From Isurus oxyrinchus (Eukaryota): a stretch of 64,000 nt of DNA. This document shows, one piece after another, positions 11,484 to 23,300 of the stretch (its first letter is position 1; the number at the start of each line of letters is the position of its first letter). Where the stretch lies: contig JANJGN010000023.1 in assembly GCA_026770705.1 (NCBI GenBank), positions 5,766,001 to 5,830,000 of the forward strand, read 5' to 3'. Position numbers and translations under genes: made by a program. Below the pieces are notes generated by a model. That model was not told the DNA's origin. It saw nothing but the letters and a program-made list of their open reading frames with translations, and did no database searches.

Positions 11484-11767
11484 CTAAGGCTCGGGAGCAA
11501 ACAACTGAAGAATTTGCCTCCCCATATCAAATGCCAGGAAGTGAGGCTGGCCTTCCTTTCTTGCCATTTTTAAAGCAGGGTGACGAAATGCATTTATTTT
11601 TAAATCAAAAGCCGCAAACACATAATAATAATGAATCCATGACTTAATGAGAACTAAGTGAGGCTACAAATGAATTGAGTCAGATTAGAGCATCTTTATG
11701 TTTTCAAGAGAAAAAAAATATGAAACATTGCCTTGGCTCAGCTTGCAATCCCTTCTGTTAAAACACT

Positions 11768-11836
11768 GTGTGGGACGTGCAAATGAATTCGTGCGATGGG
11801 GCCTAGAAACCTTTGTTTGTCAAACATGTGTGGGTG
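11768..11836. promoter_or_regulatory. Hoxb2 r3/r5 enhancer core (Krox20 sites plus Box1/BoxA-like motif)
   Basis: GTGTGGGTG (11828-11836) next to CTTTGTTTGTCA (11811-11822), and a second Krox20-like GTGTGGGAC (11768-11776). Lies just distal to the r4 element. Confidence 0.7.
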
Positions 11837-14800
11837 CAAGTATTTACGTACTGGTCCTTACAGGCCGCTGGGATACCGAAACAATTCAGAATAGAAGAAA
11901 TCTATTAAACCTGCAAGAAATGATCCGAACATTAGGATATTTAATTACTTTTAAAATGCGTCTGATCCGGCCACTAAAATTAGCAGCAATTTTAGTTGAA
12001 CGACACTGATTCACACTGATTCATTGAGTGAGCGTTGCAGCGGGAGCATTGACTGAGGAATAATTGGTTAAAATGTGACGTGAGAAAAAGCTGTATGTAA
12101 CATGGCGTATGGTTTTGTTTTGAATTGGTCGCTGCGGATTTTTCATTGAGCACATTTCTTAAAATCATGCCTATTCCTCGCTCTGAAAGCCTTTGATCTT
12201 TGAAAACGTAACAAACTCGAAAAGGTTTACGAGTTAAGAAGCGATAAAGTTAAAATGTTTTCAGTTTGCTTTGGTATTGTGTTGTACACAGTCTCTTTCT
12301 AACTATACACATATTTAAACGAATCCAATATAAACAGTGAAAGAAGATTCCTGGAGCTGAAAATAAGTCTTTAATGCGTTAAATAGAAGGGAATATAGAG
12401 ATTAATACAATGAATTAATGAACCCAATAGTGGCAAAAAAATAAAATTGGTTTCTGGATGGTAAAAGATTGTTTTTCAGTTGAGATCTGAAGAACGCTAA
12501 ATGATTGAAGCATTTTGCGGATCGCCATCAACAACAAAATGTGTTCAGGCTTTTTTTTGCTGGAAGCTGTTTTTTTCTGGGCGGCGAGAGGTCGAAAATC
12601 GAACAATATGGCGCCGAATCGTTTCAGCTCTGGTTGACATCAGCTGCGAAATTGTATTTGGAAAACCCTGGAGAATTGTTATGCGATCTCAGGAAAACTT
12701 TCACACAGATCTGTGGCTTTTAAATGATCCATATCACTGTGCATATGATTAGGAACTGATTGGAGGAGCTTGGCCTTTCATGTTGATATCACAAGATCAG
12801 AAAATAAGTTTTTCTTAATCTAAATTTTGCAAAAATCAAAGATGATGGTCAAGTTACCAGGACTGAGTTTTAAGATGGAGAACATTAGTTAAGGAAATAC
12901 TAAATATGATTATCAATACTATCACATTGGATATCAGGAATTATGACTGGTGCCCACTTTAACTCTTGTTTGTTTTTGTTACTGGAATTACAGCAGTAAG
13001 AACATATCAGTGAGCTCTTGCCCTGAGAAATAAGTAACTTATAAAACAACGCAATTTGATATGTTAAGATCTGCAATTAATTTTACTTGACCAAGAATGA
13101 AAAGTACTAAACATCATTCTTGGTGTTTAAACAATTAGTGTACAGAAAGCTTAAAGAATGACTCAATGTAATAGGCCTGCAGGAGGTAAAATTATCTTTT
13201 AACTGTTGTTAGAAATAAATGCTGTTTTATATGATTAGGTAAGTAGAATCACTCGGTGCTTTGGCTTCCCTAGGTCTCTGATAGGTTAAAACCATTGTTA
13301 CAATGTGTGGTTAGAGCTATAGTGTTTGAAGTGGTTACTATTAAAGGCCTGCTTCATACTGTTTTAGAGCACGCAAAATCTAATAAATTTAATTTTTAAA
13401 AGCACAGTAGAAGTTTTGTTAGAGCAGTAAACTTCTCAACTATTTACTTCCTGCAATTTCGTATCAAAAACTGAATAATTGGGGAATCAAATTACATTTT
13501 CATGGTGGTTAATACTATTTTCACAATTATTTCCCATGCTTTAGAATTTATAGAAACCTTGCGAGTAAAATTTATTATCATCCACATCCTGGTTTCATAA
13601 CATCACTTTATGAAATGAATTGATTAGCAGACCAAGGAAAGCATCTTTCATTTTGAATGGAATGGGCTGAAAATGTCTGTGTACTTTGGCAGGCTGCTCA
13701 TGCTTTGGTCTTTGTTTCTGTTGCAGATCCAATGACTGCTTTGCCCAGACAGCACGTGGTGTCTCCTTACACCGGATGGAAACTTTTTACCCCTTAATTC
13801 CTGAATGTTTGTGTAAGTCTCTGGACCTTGTTTGGTAATAAAGATATTTACAAGCTGGAGAAGTGCTTCATTCTTTAGTTTTGTAGGAGGCATGATCTGA
13901 GCACCAAGCTTCGTACTAATCCCCTCCCCCACTCTGATATTAGAATAGACGAGACGTATAAGAGCAGAGAAATGATTAGGCAACGAACTATAAACGGGGC
14001 ACAGTTTCCTACTGGTACCAATGTGTGTAAGCGTGTTTGCCTGTGTGGGAGTGATGCAGAGGGAGCTTAAAATATATGATTTGAATAGACTGGCCATCAC
14101 GATTGCTTTTTTCAGAGACGGGCGCTAATGTAAACAACCTATGAAATATGTTTCGATGGTTGCATATATAAAATATACATATATGTATTATATTTTCATG
14201 CTATGATCATTGATATATATAAATCATACAACAAGATATGTTAACAGGAGATTTATTCCAGAATTGTTTGACAGACAACTCTTAGCAAGGAAAATAACTA
14301 CGAAGAAGGCAAGGAGTGTCAGAAAAGGAGGATTTGCTATATTTTTCTAAATCATGACTATACAATTACTGTCCGATTCTGTTCCCATGCCTTCAATATA
14401 ACTACATTATTTGTAGGTACAATGGTAACAGAAAACTACATTTTTGTTCTAGTTTACATTAACTAAAATAAACGTGTTTACAGTGACATGAATACAACCG
14501 CTTCGACAGGTAAATACTAAAAAGTACAGATTTTTAATTTTTTTATATAAATACGTATTGTTGGGGATAAATAATACAAAAAAGAAGAAATATTTTCCTG
14601 GCATTAATCAATAAATATATCTGAATGTTCACCAGAATAGACACATATTGAAAGACGCACCAGCTACTCAGTTTTAAGATTCCTTCAAGGCCGAGTTGGA
14701 TTTGCTTGCCTCTTATGAGCGTTTTCACCCATTGAAATGTAAACAATAAGTGCAATACAGGTGTCCAAAGGAAATTCAGCATCAGCAAATACCCAAAATG

Positions 14801-14845
14801 TCTTCACTTTTGCTTTTTTTTCAAAGGACAGAAGATTTGTTCATT

Positions 14846-14853
14846 TACCCTGT
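14846..14853 (-). promoter_or_regulatory. miR-10 8mer target site in the HoxB3 3' UTR
   Basis: The mRNA strand reads ACAGGGUA, complementary to miR-10 nt 2-8 with an A opposite nt 1, about 330 nt after the stop codon. Confidence 0.7.
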
Positions 14854-15180
14854 TTCACGTTAAGTCCAAAAAAGAAATGTACCTGTACAACCTTTAGGAT
14901 TTTTCATTATCAAGTTTAATGAACCCTAAAGATTGTAATGGGGGTGAAGGGTCGTGGGGGTGGGGGTGGGGAGGGGGCTGGGCCGTGGGATGCAGCAAGT
15001 ATACTCTACAGAGGACGGATGGCTGTGTGAGTGGACAATGTAAGCAAAATATATTAATACAAGTCAGCATATATGAATAAGAAGACAAGAATAAGGGAAT
15101 GGGTCAAATAGGTATCATGAGAAAAGGAAAGGATAACTTGTTATTTACTTCTCTTCAGTAAATCTCCCTGCTTAGGCCTG

Positions 15181-15950
15181 CTACAGATGGGTCAGCTTGG
15201 GAGCTTCTTGAATTCTTCCCTGAGAAGGATGATGCGATGAAAGGTCTGTGTAGGTTGGATGTGGGTCACAAGGTCCATGGTGCTGACTGGGAGCCATCTG
15301 AGCAGCACCATTGAAGTCCATGTTTGTGCTTGGAGGGTGAGAAAGGTGATTGAGGCCGAAGAGAGAAGGCCCCGAAGCGGACATAGAATCCACATAGTTC
15401 CCGCCAACGTACACAGGACTACCCTGCAAGTTTGGTGTCCCATAGTTGCCATTCCCCTGTAGTACATGGGGGTCGTATTCTGGAGCTGTCCCAGGATATC
15501 TTTTCTGTTGCTGAGATGGGCAACCTTTCATCGGGTTTTGGTAACTCGTGGTCATAGCATAAGCGTTCTGATGAGGTTTATTGAAAGGCGGCGGTGATGG
15601 GGCGTCATAGGCAGAGTTGTTAGCAAGAGAATGCATGGCGTTTACAAATCCAGTGGGGGGTTGGACGGAAAGCGGGGGGCTTCCCGTGGGCGATTGTCCT
15701 CCGGAAGAACTCACCATGCCTTTCGTTTTTTGATCCTTTTTGTACTTCATCCGGCGGTTCTGAAACCAGATCTTGATCTGTCGTTCACTGAGGTTAAGCA
15801 GGTTCGCCATCTCCACTCGGCGAGGTCTGCAAAGGTAACGGTTAAAATGGAATTCTTTCTCCAGTTCCACCAACTGCGCGCTGGTATAGGCAGTGCGCGC
15901 TCGCTTTGAGGCAGAACCCGGCGGGCTTTTGTCCCCGCTGACATTTTCAG
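15181..15950 (-). CDS. hoxb3: Hox-B3 coding exon 2 (homeodomain)
   Basis: [61 protein letters not shown] and C-terminus [13 protein letters not shown]. Acceptor ctcacAG at 15951-15952. Confidence 0.96.
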
Positions 15951-16786
15951 CTGTGAGCAATAAAATAAAGATAATTACCTCTTAAAAGTGCACCGATCTG
16001 AACAAGAAAATTCTCCACATAAATTTAATAAGTCTTGAAAGAAAAGCAGAGGCGCCCCCTTTAACACATCAAGGTCTATCATTTCACAGTAAACGTTATT
16101 AAAAGTTCTATACCCCCAACACCAGAAATATGACGTGGGATCCCTAGAGCTCAGAAAATTGAATCATAATCATATTGACACAATGTTTAGAACAATATAT
16201 TCCACAGTTGAAGTGATACACTTAAAGAGGACAGGGCAAATGATGATTTGCAACGTAACCAACCGAATTAAGTAATTATGGCCCATCCAAGATCATGCTT
16301 AGAATCTAGAATGCTACATCCGATATGGTTAATATTGTTGTTATTAGTAATAATACTAGTGGAAGCAGCATTAGTATTTATAGGGTTGTAGCAATTTTTG
16401 TATTACCTGCGTTTTATTACTTCACTTTTTGATGTCCTATCAACTTTCTGGTTTCACAATCAACCAGTACGTGACCTTTGTGCATTCTGGGCTGTTTAGG
16501 AGCAGTGGTACAGTGTACATATTTATTGAATTACATGTTAGAGCATGCTTCATTTTCAAAGCAATATAATAACTATTTGAGAAATTGGAAGAAGTGCGGG
16601 TGGGGGGGAGAATAATATGTTTTGATGTTAACAATGGGCCAACAAAGTGTTAACGATGTATAGACAAAGGCTTTACGTGCTGCAGATATTTGAAAATCGT
16701 GTTCTTAATGTTTTGATTTAAATAATCGTGCAGCCTTTTCATTTGATGCTTGAATCCCTAAAACTGCAAAAAGAAAGTTGGTGTAC

Positions 16787-17201
16787 CTGTGCTGGGACAG
16801 TTGTTATTTTTTTGCTTGGAGTTTTGCCGTGACTCTTTCATCCATGGGAATATCTGCTTGGTGAGGCTGGGTGTGGAGGTGTGGGAAGACTTGGGCAGAG
16901 TCTTGCTGGTGCCTGGTTGTGTCGAGTTGTTGCTGGGATTTTGGGGAGGTGAGACAGGTGGAGGTTGGCGGTGCTCGGGGAGATTCGAACGCATGCAGCT
17001 TCCATTGATGTCTTTAGATTTGGGATGCGGAGCACTAGTGCCAGCTGGCTGAAGGGAGCAGGCCGACCTCTGGTAATCACTTTCAACGTGAGAAGATGGT
17101 GGATAGGGTTCCTGCGCCACTTCATAGCTGAAACCATTTGCTCCTTGGTATGTGTATCCACCGAATAGAGTACAGTTGTCGTAGTACGTCGTTTTTTGCA
17201 T
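16787..17201 (-). CDS. hoxb3: Hox-B3 coding exon 1
   Basis: MQKTTYYDN...YQRSACSLQ...[17 protein letters not shown] at 17201, donor ACAG|GTACAC. 415+770 nt gives 394 aa. A probable 5' UTR acceptor (ttttcttccAG) lies at 17499-17500. Confidence 0.95.
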
Positions 17202-20200
17202 CTCGCAGTTTCCCAATATTTATTTCACAAACTGTCAGGGTCCTTGCACCCTTATCGAATAACATTGGCACCCCGATTCACGTGACGTTTTCTTCCAATA
17301 GCCTCCTGGCAGTTGACCTAAGGTTAGAAGAACCACAGAATAATAGTGGAACGTGTGTGGATCCATCTTACATACTCAAAAGCAAATGACATGAATAGCG
17401 TTCACCAAACAAGCACAGCAGATGCCACGGCTGATCTTGATTCCGGCTATTTTGGACTGGAGAGGAGGGGACGAAAAAACACACTCTTGCACTGAGCCCT
17501 GGAAGAAAACTAAAAAATTCACATAGCCAACTGCAAAACTATTTTAATCGAGATCAGATTCAGCATTAGCTCACAGCTAAATTCTTTTGGTTTAGGCAAT
17601 GTTCCAAAAATGATAATTATTTATGAAAAAAAAACTTCAGACAAACTCAGATTGGGTATCTTAGCCGCGAGTTACATAAACTTTCACAACCAGTTCAGTT
17701 AAAATACACACAAAACATCGTTACATTTCATTTCATTGCTCCTTGCTTGATTAATTGTCATGCTGTCAATATTCTAGATTAAAAATCTGACCTACCGCTT
17801 AAAATTAGGTTTACATCTATTGTTATAAAACGGAGCTGCCAAAGTATCAACATTTATAAATGTGCAGCGTTCATGGCGGGATGAGATTTCCCCTGCAAAC
17901 ATCTGGTTTAAATAGAAGGAAACTTATGGATGTTTCAGTAGCTATGTATTCAAACTCTAATCCGAAACATACTTTTATAGCCACCATAATTTGTTGGTTA
18001 ACGCGGCAATCTAGAATTTATATCTCCTAACCTTTTTACTGTTAAGAGCCAGCACTGAAAACACAGGAGAAAATCACAGATAAAAAAATCATAAAATGAG
18101 ATAGCGCTGAGAAACAACACCCATTTTACATACACAGCAATTAGACTCTCTTAACCATTTGGCTCGATTGTTTTCTGAATATATACACATATGTATTTAA
18201 CGTGTCTGTTTAAAGTGTATACTTTGCCACGGTGAAGGTAAGGAAGTAAGTGCGCTTGTTTCTATCTTTCTCTGTCCATGTGTAAACTGGATATGTTTTT
18301 GGACGGCTCATGCTTGGCCTTGCGGCGATATTTTAGGACTCTTTTCCTCCTCTCCGCCACAGCTTTAACTATTCATGATGGATCGGCAAAGTATTTCAAA
18401 CCTGAAATACAGGGGATTGTGTTCTCCATGACCAGAATTTGAACCTCTCTCTTAACCAAGAGACAAAAAGGATAATAGGTACTGTCTTGGAAGGTGCTCT
18501 ATAATTTGATGTATGAGGGGTCAGCAGACCAACAAAGATTTTTTTTTCCTCTGGTGAAAAAATGCCCAAGGACTCCCGGAGCAGCTCAAACACGGAGAGT
18601 CAACCGCGAGACACCCCCGGCACAATCTCCATGCTGCTAAAATGCGCAGAGTTTTCATTTCTGCTCTGCACTCGCACATCGTTTTCCACTTCGTGCTTGA
18701 AGTACCATTCCACTTTGACACTGTTTTTAAATGATCCGAAGCGCTTGCCAGAATTGTGAAGAACGCGACCAAAAAAAAAAAATCGGCGAATATGTTCGAG
18801 AACCAGCCAGTTCTTTTGTAAACTTGCACGATTCCTCTCTCTCTCCCTCTCTGTCTTTCTCTCCAAAAACTAGTTATTTTGAAATATCAGTTTTGGTATC
18901 TGACATTGTTTAAAGATATGTGAAGCAAAATTATTAGAATAGATGCAAACAACACAGTCCAAATGCTTGCTTGTCTGTATCTCATACAATACTTCTCACC
19001 ACGTTAAATATGATTTAACATTTATAAAGACGTTAATGCTTTTTACTGTTTGTATCAGCGAAATGTTCACTATCAGACGATTCGGCATTGGAAATGTATG
19101 AAAGATCTGTCATTGTGAAAGAGGGAATTAAAATATGTTCGCAAAATCGATGTTTGCTTCATGGAATGTTTATTACGCTTTCACGCTTTGCGTAAAATTA
19201 TATTTAATTTATTCGGTATAAACTATCCAAGTAAAAGGTTGGAAAATGTATTTAAAAATCAAACAAAGCATCCAAATGAATGCACATTTCTGGAAAAGCA
19301 AACCGAATGGGTTTGCTACAAAATAAAACTCCGTCGTCACGGACTACCTGTTTCGAAATATATACTTTAAAATATAAAATCGAATTTTATAATTCCGTGG
19401 TTTACGCTTCTGCTTATTTGCACATCGCGAGGCTGCAGCCGGTTGTCGGATATTATCTTTGTTCTTTAAAGCATGGCCAGAGTTCCTAATTATTTACAAT
19501 CAGAAGATAAAATTAACAGTGAAATTTTCGGCTTTGCGTTCAAAGCCGGACAGAGAAATATCCTTTCCACCCTTTGCAACAGAGACAAAGCGTTGCAAAG
19601 TTTTATTTACCTATGTAAACATACGCAAAATAATAAATTCTAAAATAAATGACCAGCCTTCAGATGGGTGCTGCACTTAAGGAAGCTGTAGACTGTAACG
19701 GAGTTTAAGCGTACTAATAAAACTAGAATTTTACAGCAACATAGATGAATGTTTCTATTTCAAATGATGCTTCTATAAATAGAGAACAGAGCCAGGAAAA
19801 AGTCAGGCGTGCTCCAGTCGCCGGTTGCCACCATGTTTCGGAGAAACACAGAGGCTTGAAGAGTAATATCCTAAGATTTCACTCTCCATAATCCCGACAC
19901 GCTGTACCTGCATATCTCAAGTCCTTACAGAATTAAACAAGCGAAGGGGCATTTGATTGTCCAATATGTGTTAAATATACAGAAAACAAACATCCTAGCT
20001 AATGGGACAACAATAGGGGAAGTCGTCATACACCTTAAATTATAGAGCACCGCAAGACGTCCACGTAATTATGTCTTAAATCACAACTGAGAGCTTGGTT
20101 TTGAAAAATACTCCAAATTAGCCCCCCAAAAAGGCCCAAGAACCGGGCTCCGTGTTGAATTCAGATGCAATGTGAAACAGTCGCTGCGTGAAAGGAAGCT

Positions 20201-20208
20201 ATAGCTTG

Positions 20209-20225
20209 TGAACTCTTCTTGAACC
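20209..20225 (-). promoter_or_regulatory. DR5 retinoic acid response element of Hox3
   Basis: GGTTCA-agaag-AGTTCA, a perfect DR5, next to a Pbx/Hox site TGATTTATGACC (20242-20253). Confidence 0.9.
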
Positions 20226-20307
20226 GAGATTGAAGTCATATGGTCATAAATCACTGGGACATATACTCCGCCATTCACGAGTGATAGCCTATTTGAGTCC
20301 AGCTTAC

Positions 20308-20398
20308 CTTAGCCACTGACGATAGAAGCAGAGCAAGACATAATATTTCAGATTCACCACGCAATCGATAAGCAGGAGTTCCCAAATTCTTTTATATA
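20308..20398 (-). promoter_or_regulatory. Putative HoxB3 proximal promoter and short non-coding first exon
   Basis: TATATAAAAG at 20389-20398 and a strong donor AAG|GTAAGC at 20308, immediately before the DR5/Pbx-Hox block. Confidence 0.55.
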
Positions 20399-23300
20399 CA
20401 TATAAAAAAGGAAGGATAAAACAGCTGGTTATGGCGCTGAAATTCACTCGTTGAAGGCAACGGCAAAGAAAGGCGAGATGGTACAGCTTCAAAGAACTGT
20501 AGAAAGCTCAAGGCTTGAATGGACAGCCCTGATATTATTGAGCCCTAGACTGGTACGCCCTACTCACAGATAACAATGGTTTCTCAGCTTTACAGGGCAG
20601 AGTGAACTAGAAAGGAAACCCATATATTCGGTATGTTTGTTATGAATACATATATATATATATATATTAGAAGCACGGTTTTAAGAGGAAAAAACGATTT
20701 CTTTCTTGAGTGCTGGGCAGGCAACGAGTGTTAATCCCCTCGAAACACAGCGTCACAAGTGAAAAATTATGCTAATTAGCGACGTGGTGGACAAGGCCTA
20801 GACTAAGATGGCAAGCTCGCTGTTTGCTTCACGTGTTTGGCAATTAAGTGTCAGTTTATGCTAATATATTTTTCAGGCAATGTGCAACCTTTCACCATTC
20901 AAAATATTAATAAAAGGTATTATAACAATAAAGTGAACTCCTCATTGAACAACTCAGCGAAGAAATATATTTCTATTTATCGCCTTGTTTACCTAACTCG
21001 TGGACTGAATCATTAATTAATAATTTATTCACGACAAAAAAAAACTTTAGTGCCCGACTGGGTGCGGTAGAGAAAAAAGAAAATGGACGCAGCGTAGGGG
21101 AAGGAGGAGGAGGTAATTCAGTCGTGTTGAACATGCAGCAACGCACAAGATGCAACAGCCTCTCTATAAACTTTTAATGTGGGCTGTGGGCTGCACTTGC
21201 TTGGACACTTAAAGTGTTTTTAAATAAAAAAAAAATCACTCCTGACAATGGAGAGAAAGGGAGAGAGAGAGAATTGTCACTTGAGTGAAAGCCAATGAAA
21301 AAAGAATTTGGAACTTAAGCTCTTTTTTATGCATGCCACTGCTTCTGTCGTTTATGGCTACGTAAGATTTATGACTTCATGGCACCATAGCTGTAAACAG
21401 TGCAAAAGGGATAGATGTTGCACTAGTTAGGTACATGAAAGGGGAGCCAGAGCGGCGTAGGAGGAAGACCGGCGAAAGAATCTACAACTCTGCAACTTTT
21501 ATTACGCCTTCATACTATTCTCTCTTTTTTTGCCATCTATGTCTTTTTGGGGGTTTTAAAAAAGCAATTCAGAAGTCCGAAACCTCGTAAATGCTTCACT
21601 TCAGTTGGAATAAGTGAGGAGACGAACGGATTGATTTTTGTTAACGTGCAGTGATTTTCTACAACAATGCGCAGCTGCCAAAGGTATAACTTCACAAATT
21701 GAGACTCGCATTCTTGCCGTTAAAGAAACGAGTTCCTCCTGCTTAGAAGTAGGACAGGTTATACAGGACGATAGACAGTATCGTATGTTATTTTTCCATC
21801 GTAACATGGCTGAATAAATAACTTTGCAACTTCGTAACTTGTTTGACTGAACGACTTTCGGTAATCACATTTTCCTGCACCTATTATTTTGTTTGTAATC
21901 TACTTCCGCGACTTGGAGAAGAGTCAGTTTCACCTCAGAGATTTCAACAACTAACTTTTGTTAAGCATCTGCTTCTTGATGAAAACCACAACTTTCAGCA
22001 ATTTTGAAATACAGGGATTTTAATTTGAACTTTCATGTGGTGGTAAGATATTTTACTTGAACTTGCTTATGCAGTTTCAAATTTTGCCTGTATTCCTGTA
22101 AAACAAATGATTCCAGATCATGGTCAACAAACTATCTGATTTAAACCTAAACCAGACTTTAACCAAACAAATGACAATTGAACGCTTTGACCGTGATATT
22201 AAGGTATTATGTAGCTTGAACAATGTCAACACTAAATGCTCTATATAATGTATATCTGTTTATCTAACAATACCTCTATCAGCCTATCTAACTTACTATC
22301 TTTCTATCTATCTGATACATAAGCAGAACACTGAATTGTGGGAAATGGTTCAGGTAGTAAATGAATATAATGTGGCTTACCGCAGTAGTGCTGCTAGTCC
22401 TTGAGCCAAGGTGTAGCTGCTGACGGAGTCTTTATAAAGAGCCAAGACTGCAAAAAAAAGAAAGAAAAAGACAAACCTTCGATCAAGGAAATCGTTACAA
22501 AATCGAATTCGCTGCACACGACCTCTGAGGAAATCGACAGAGTATTTGAGCTAATGACAGCAAGAAACAGTTAAAAGTGAGGCGTCAGGAATTAGAAGTA
22601 TAATTTGTATTAGTAATATTGTATTAGAAGTGGCACTATAACGTACTCACACGAAAACATTAATTGTCAATGCTTTCATTTATATATTTATACATTATTT
22701 ATATATTGGTCTGCTCACCCAACCAGAATTCTGACATTTCTAATTGAAATAATATGCGGTGTATATCTTTTGAAATTGCTCATGTAAAGCTATTTGTGCT
22801 TAATAATTGTATTTCATGCATTTTTGTGGAATTCTTTCCTAACGCGTCAATAAATTAAATATATGTGTACCACATTACACTTCATTTAATTGCCTGGTTT
22901 TATTGTCTCCTAATAATGTTAGCCTGTCTTTAGTTAAAACACACAGCATTGAGTCAGTTTTATGCAATATTTGGATCAAGTAGGCTTGTGATTCAATGCT
23001 GGGCCTTCAGAACACAATGGATATTAAATGAATATTTGAAAGCGTTTGAATTTTCCAATGGACCTTTATTTGGCATTTTATTTGGAGCGGTTATTCAAAA
23101 TTAGAATGACGAAGCTGAATAATTTAAAAAGTGGGTTTATATTTTAAAATCAATTGTTTCAATATATCCCAGTCCTCCTACATAACAAAAATTATAGATC
23201 AGCTGATGTCTTTCACAATGAAAATAGGGATATTCTTTCTATGTGGTTCTGTTATTTGTCCCCAGTTAAATATTTGCTACATTTTGCCCCCAAAAGGCAT

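Noticed and set aside
13648-14100. 150-aa minus-strand ORF downstream of HoxB3
   Set aside because: No recognisable homology or motif; lies in or near the 3' UTR and is probably a chance ORF.
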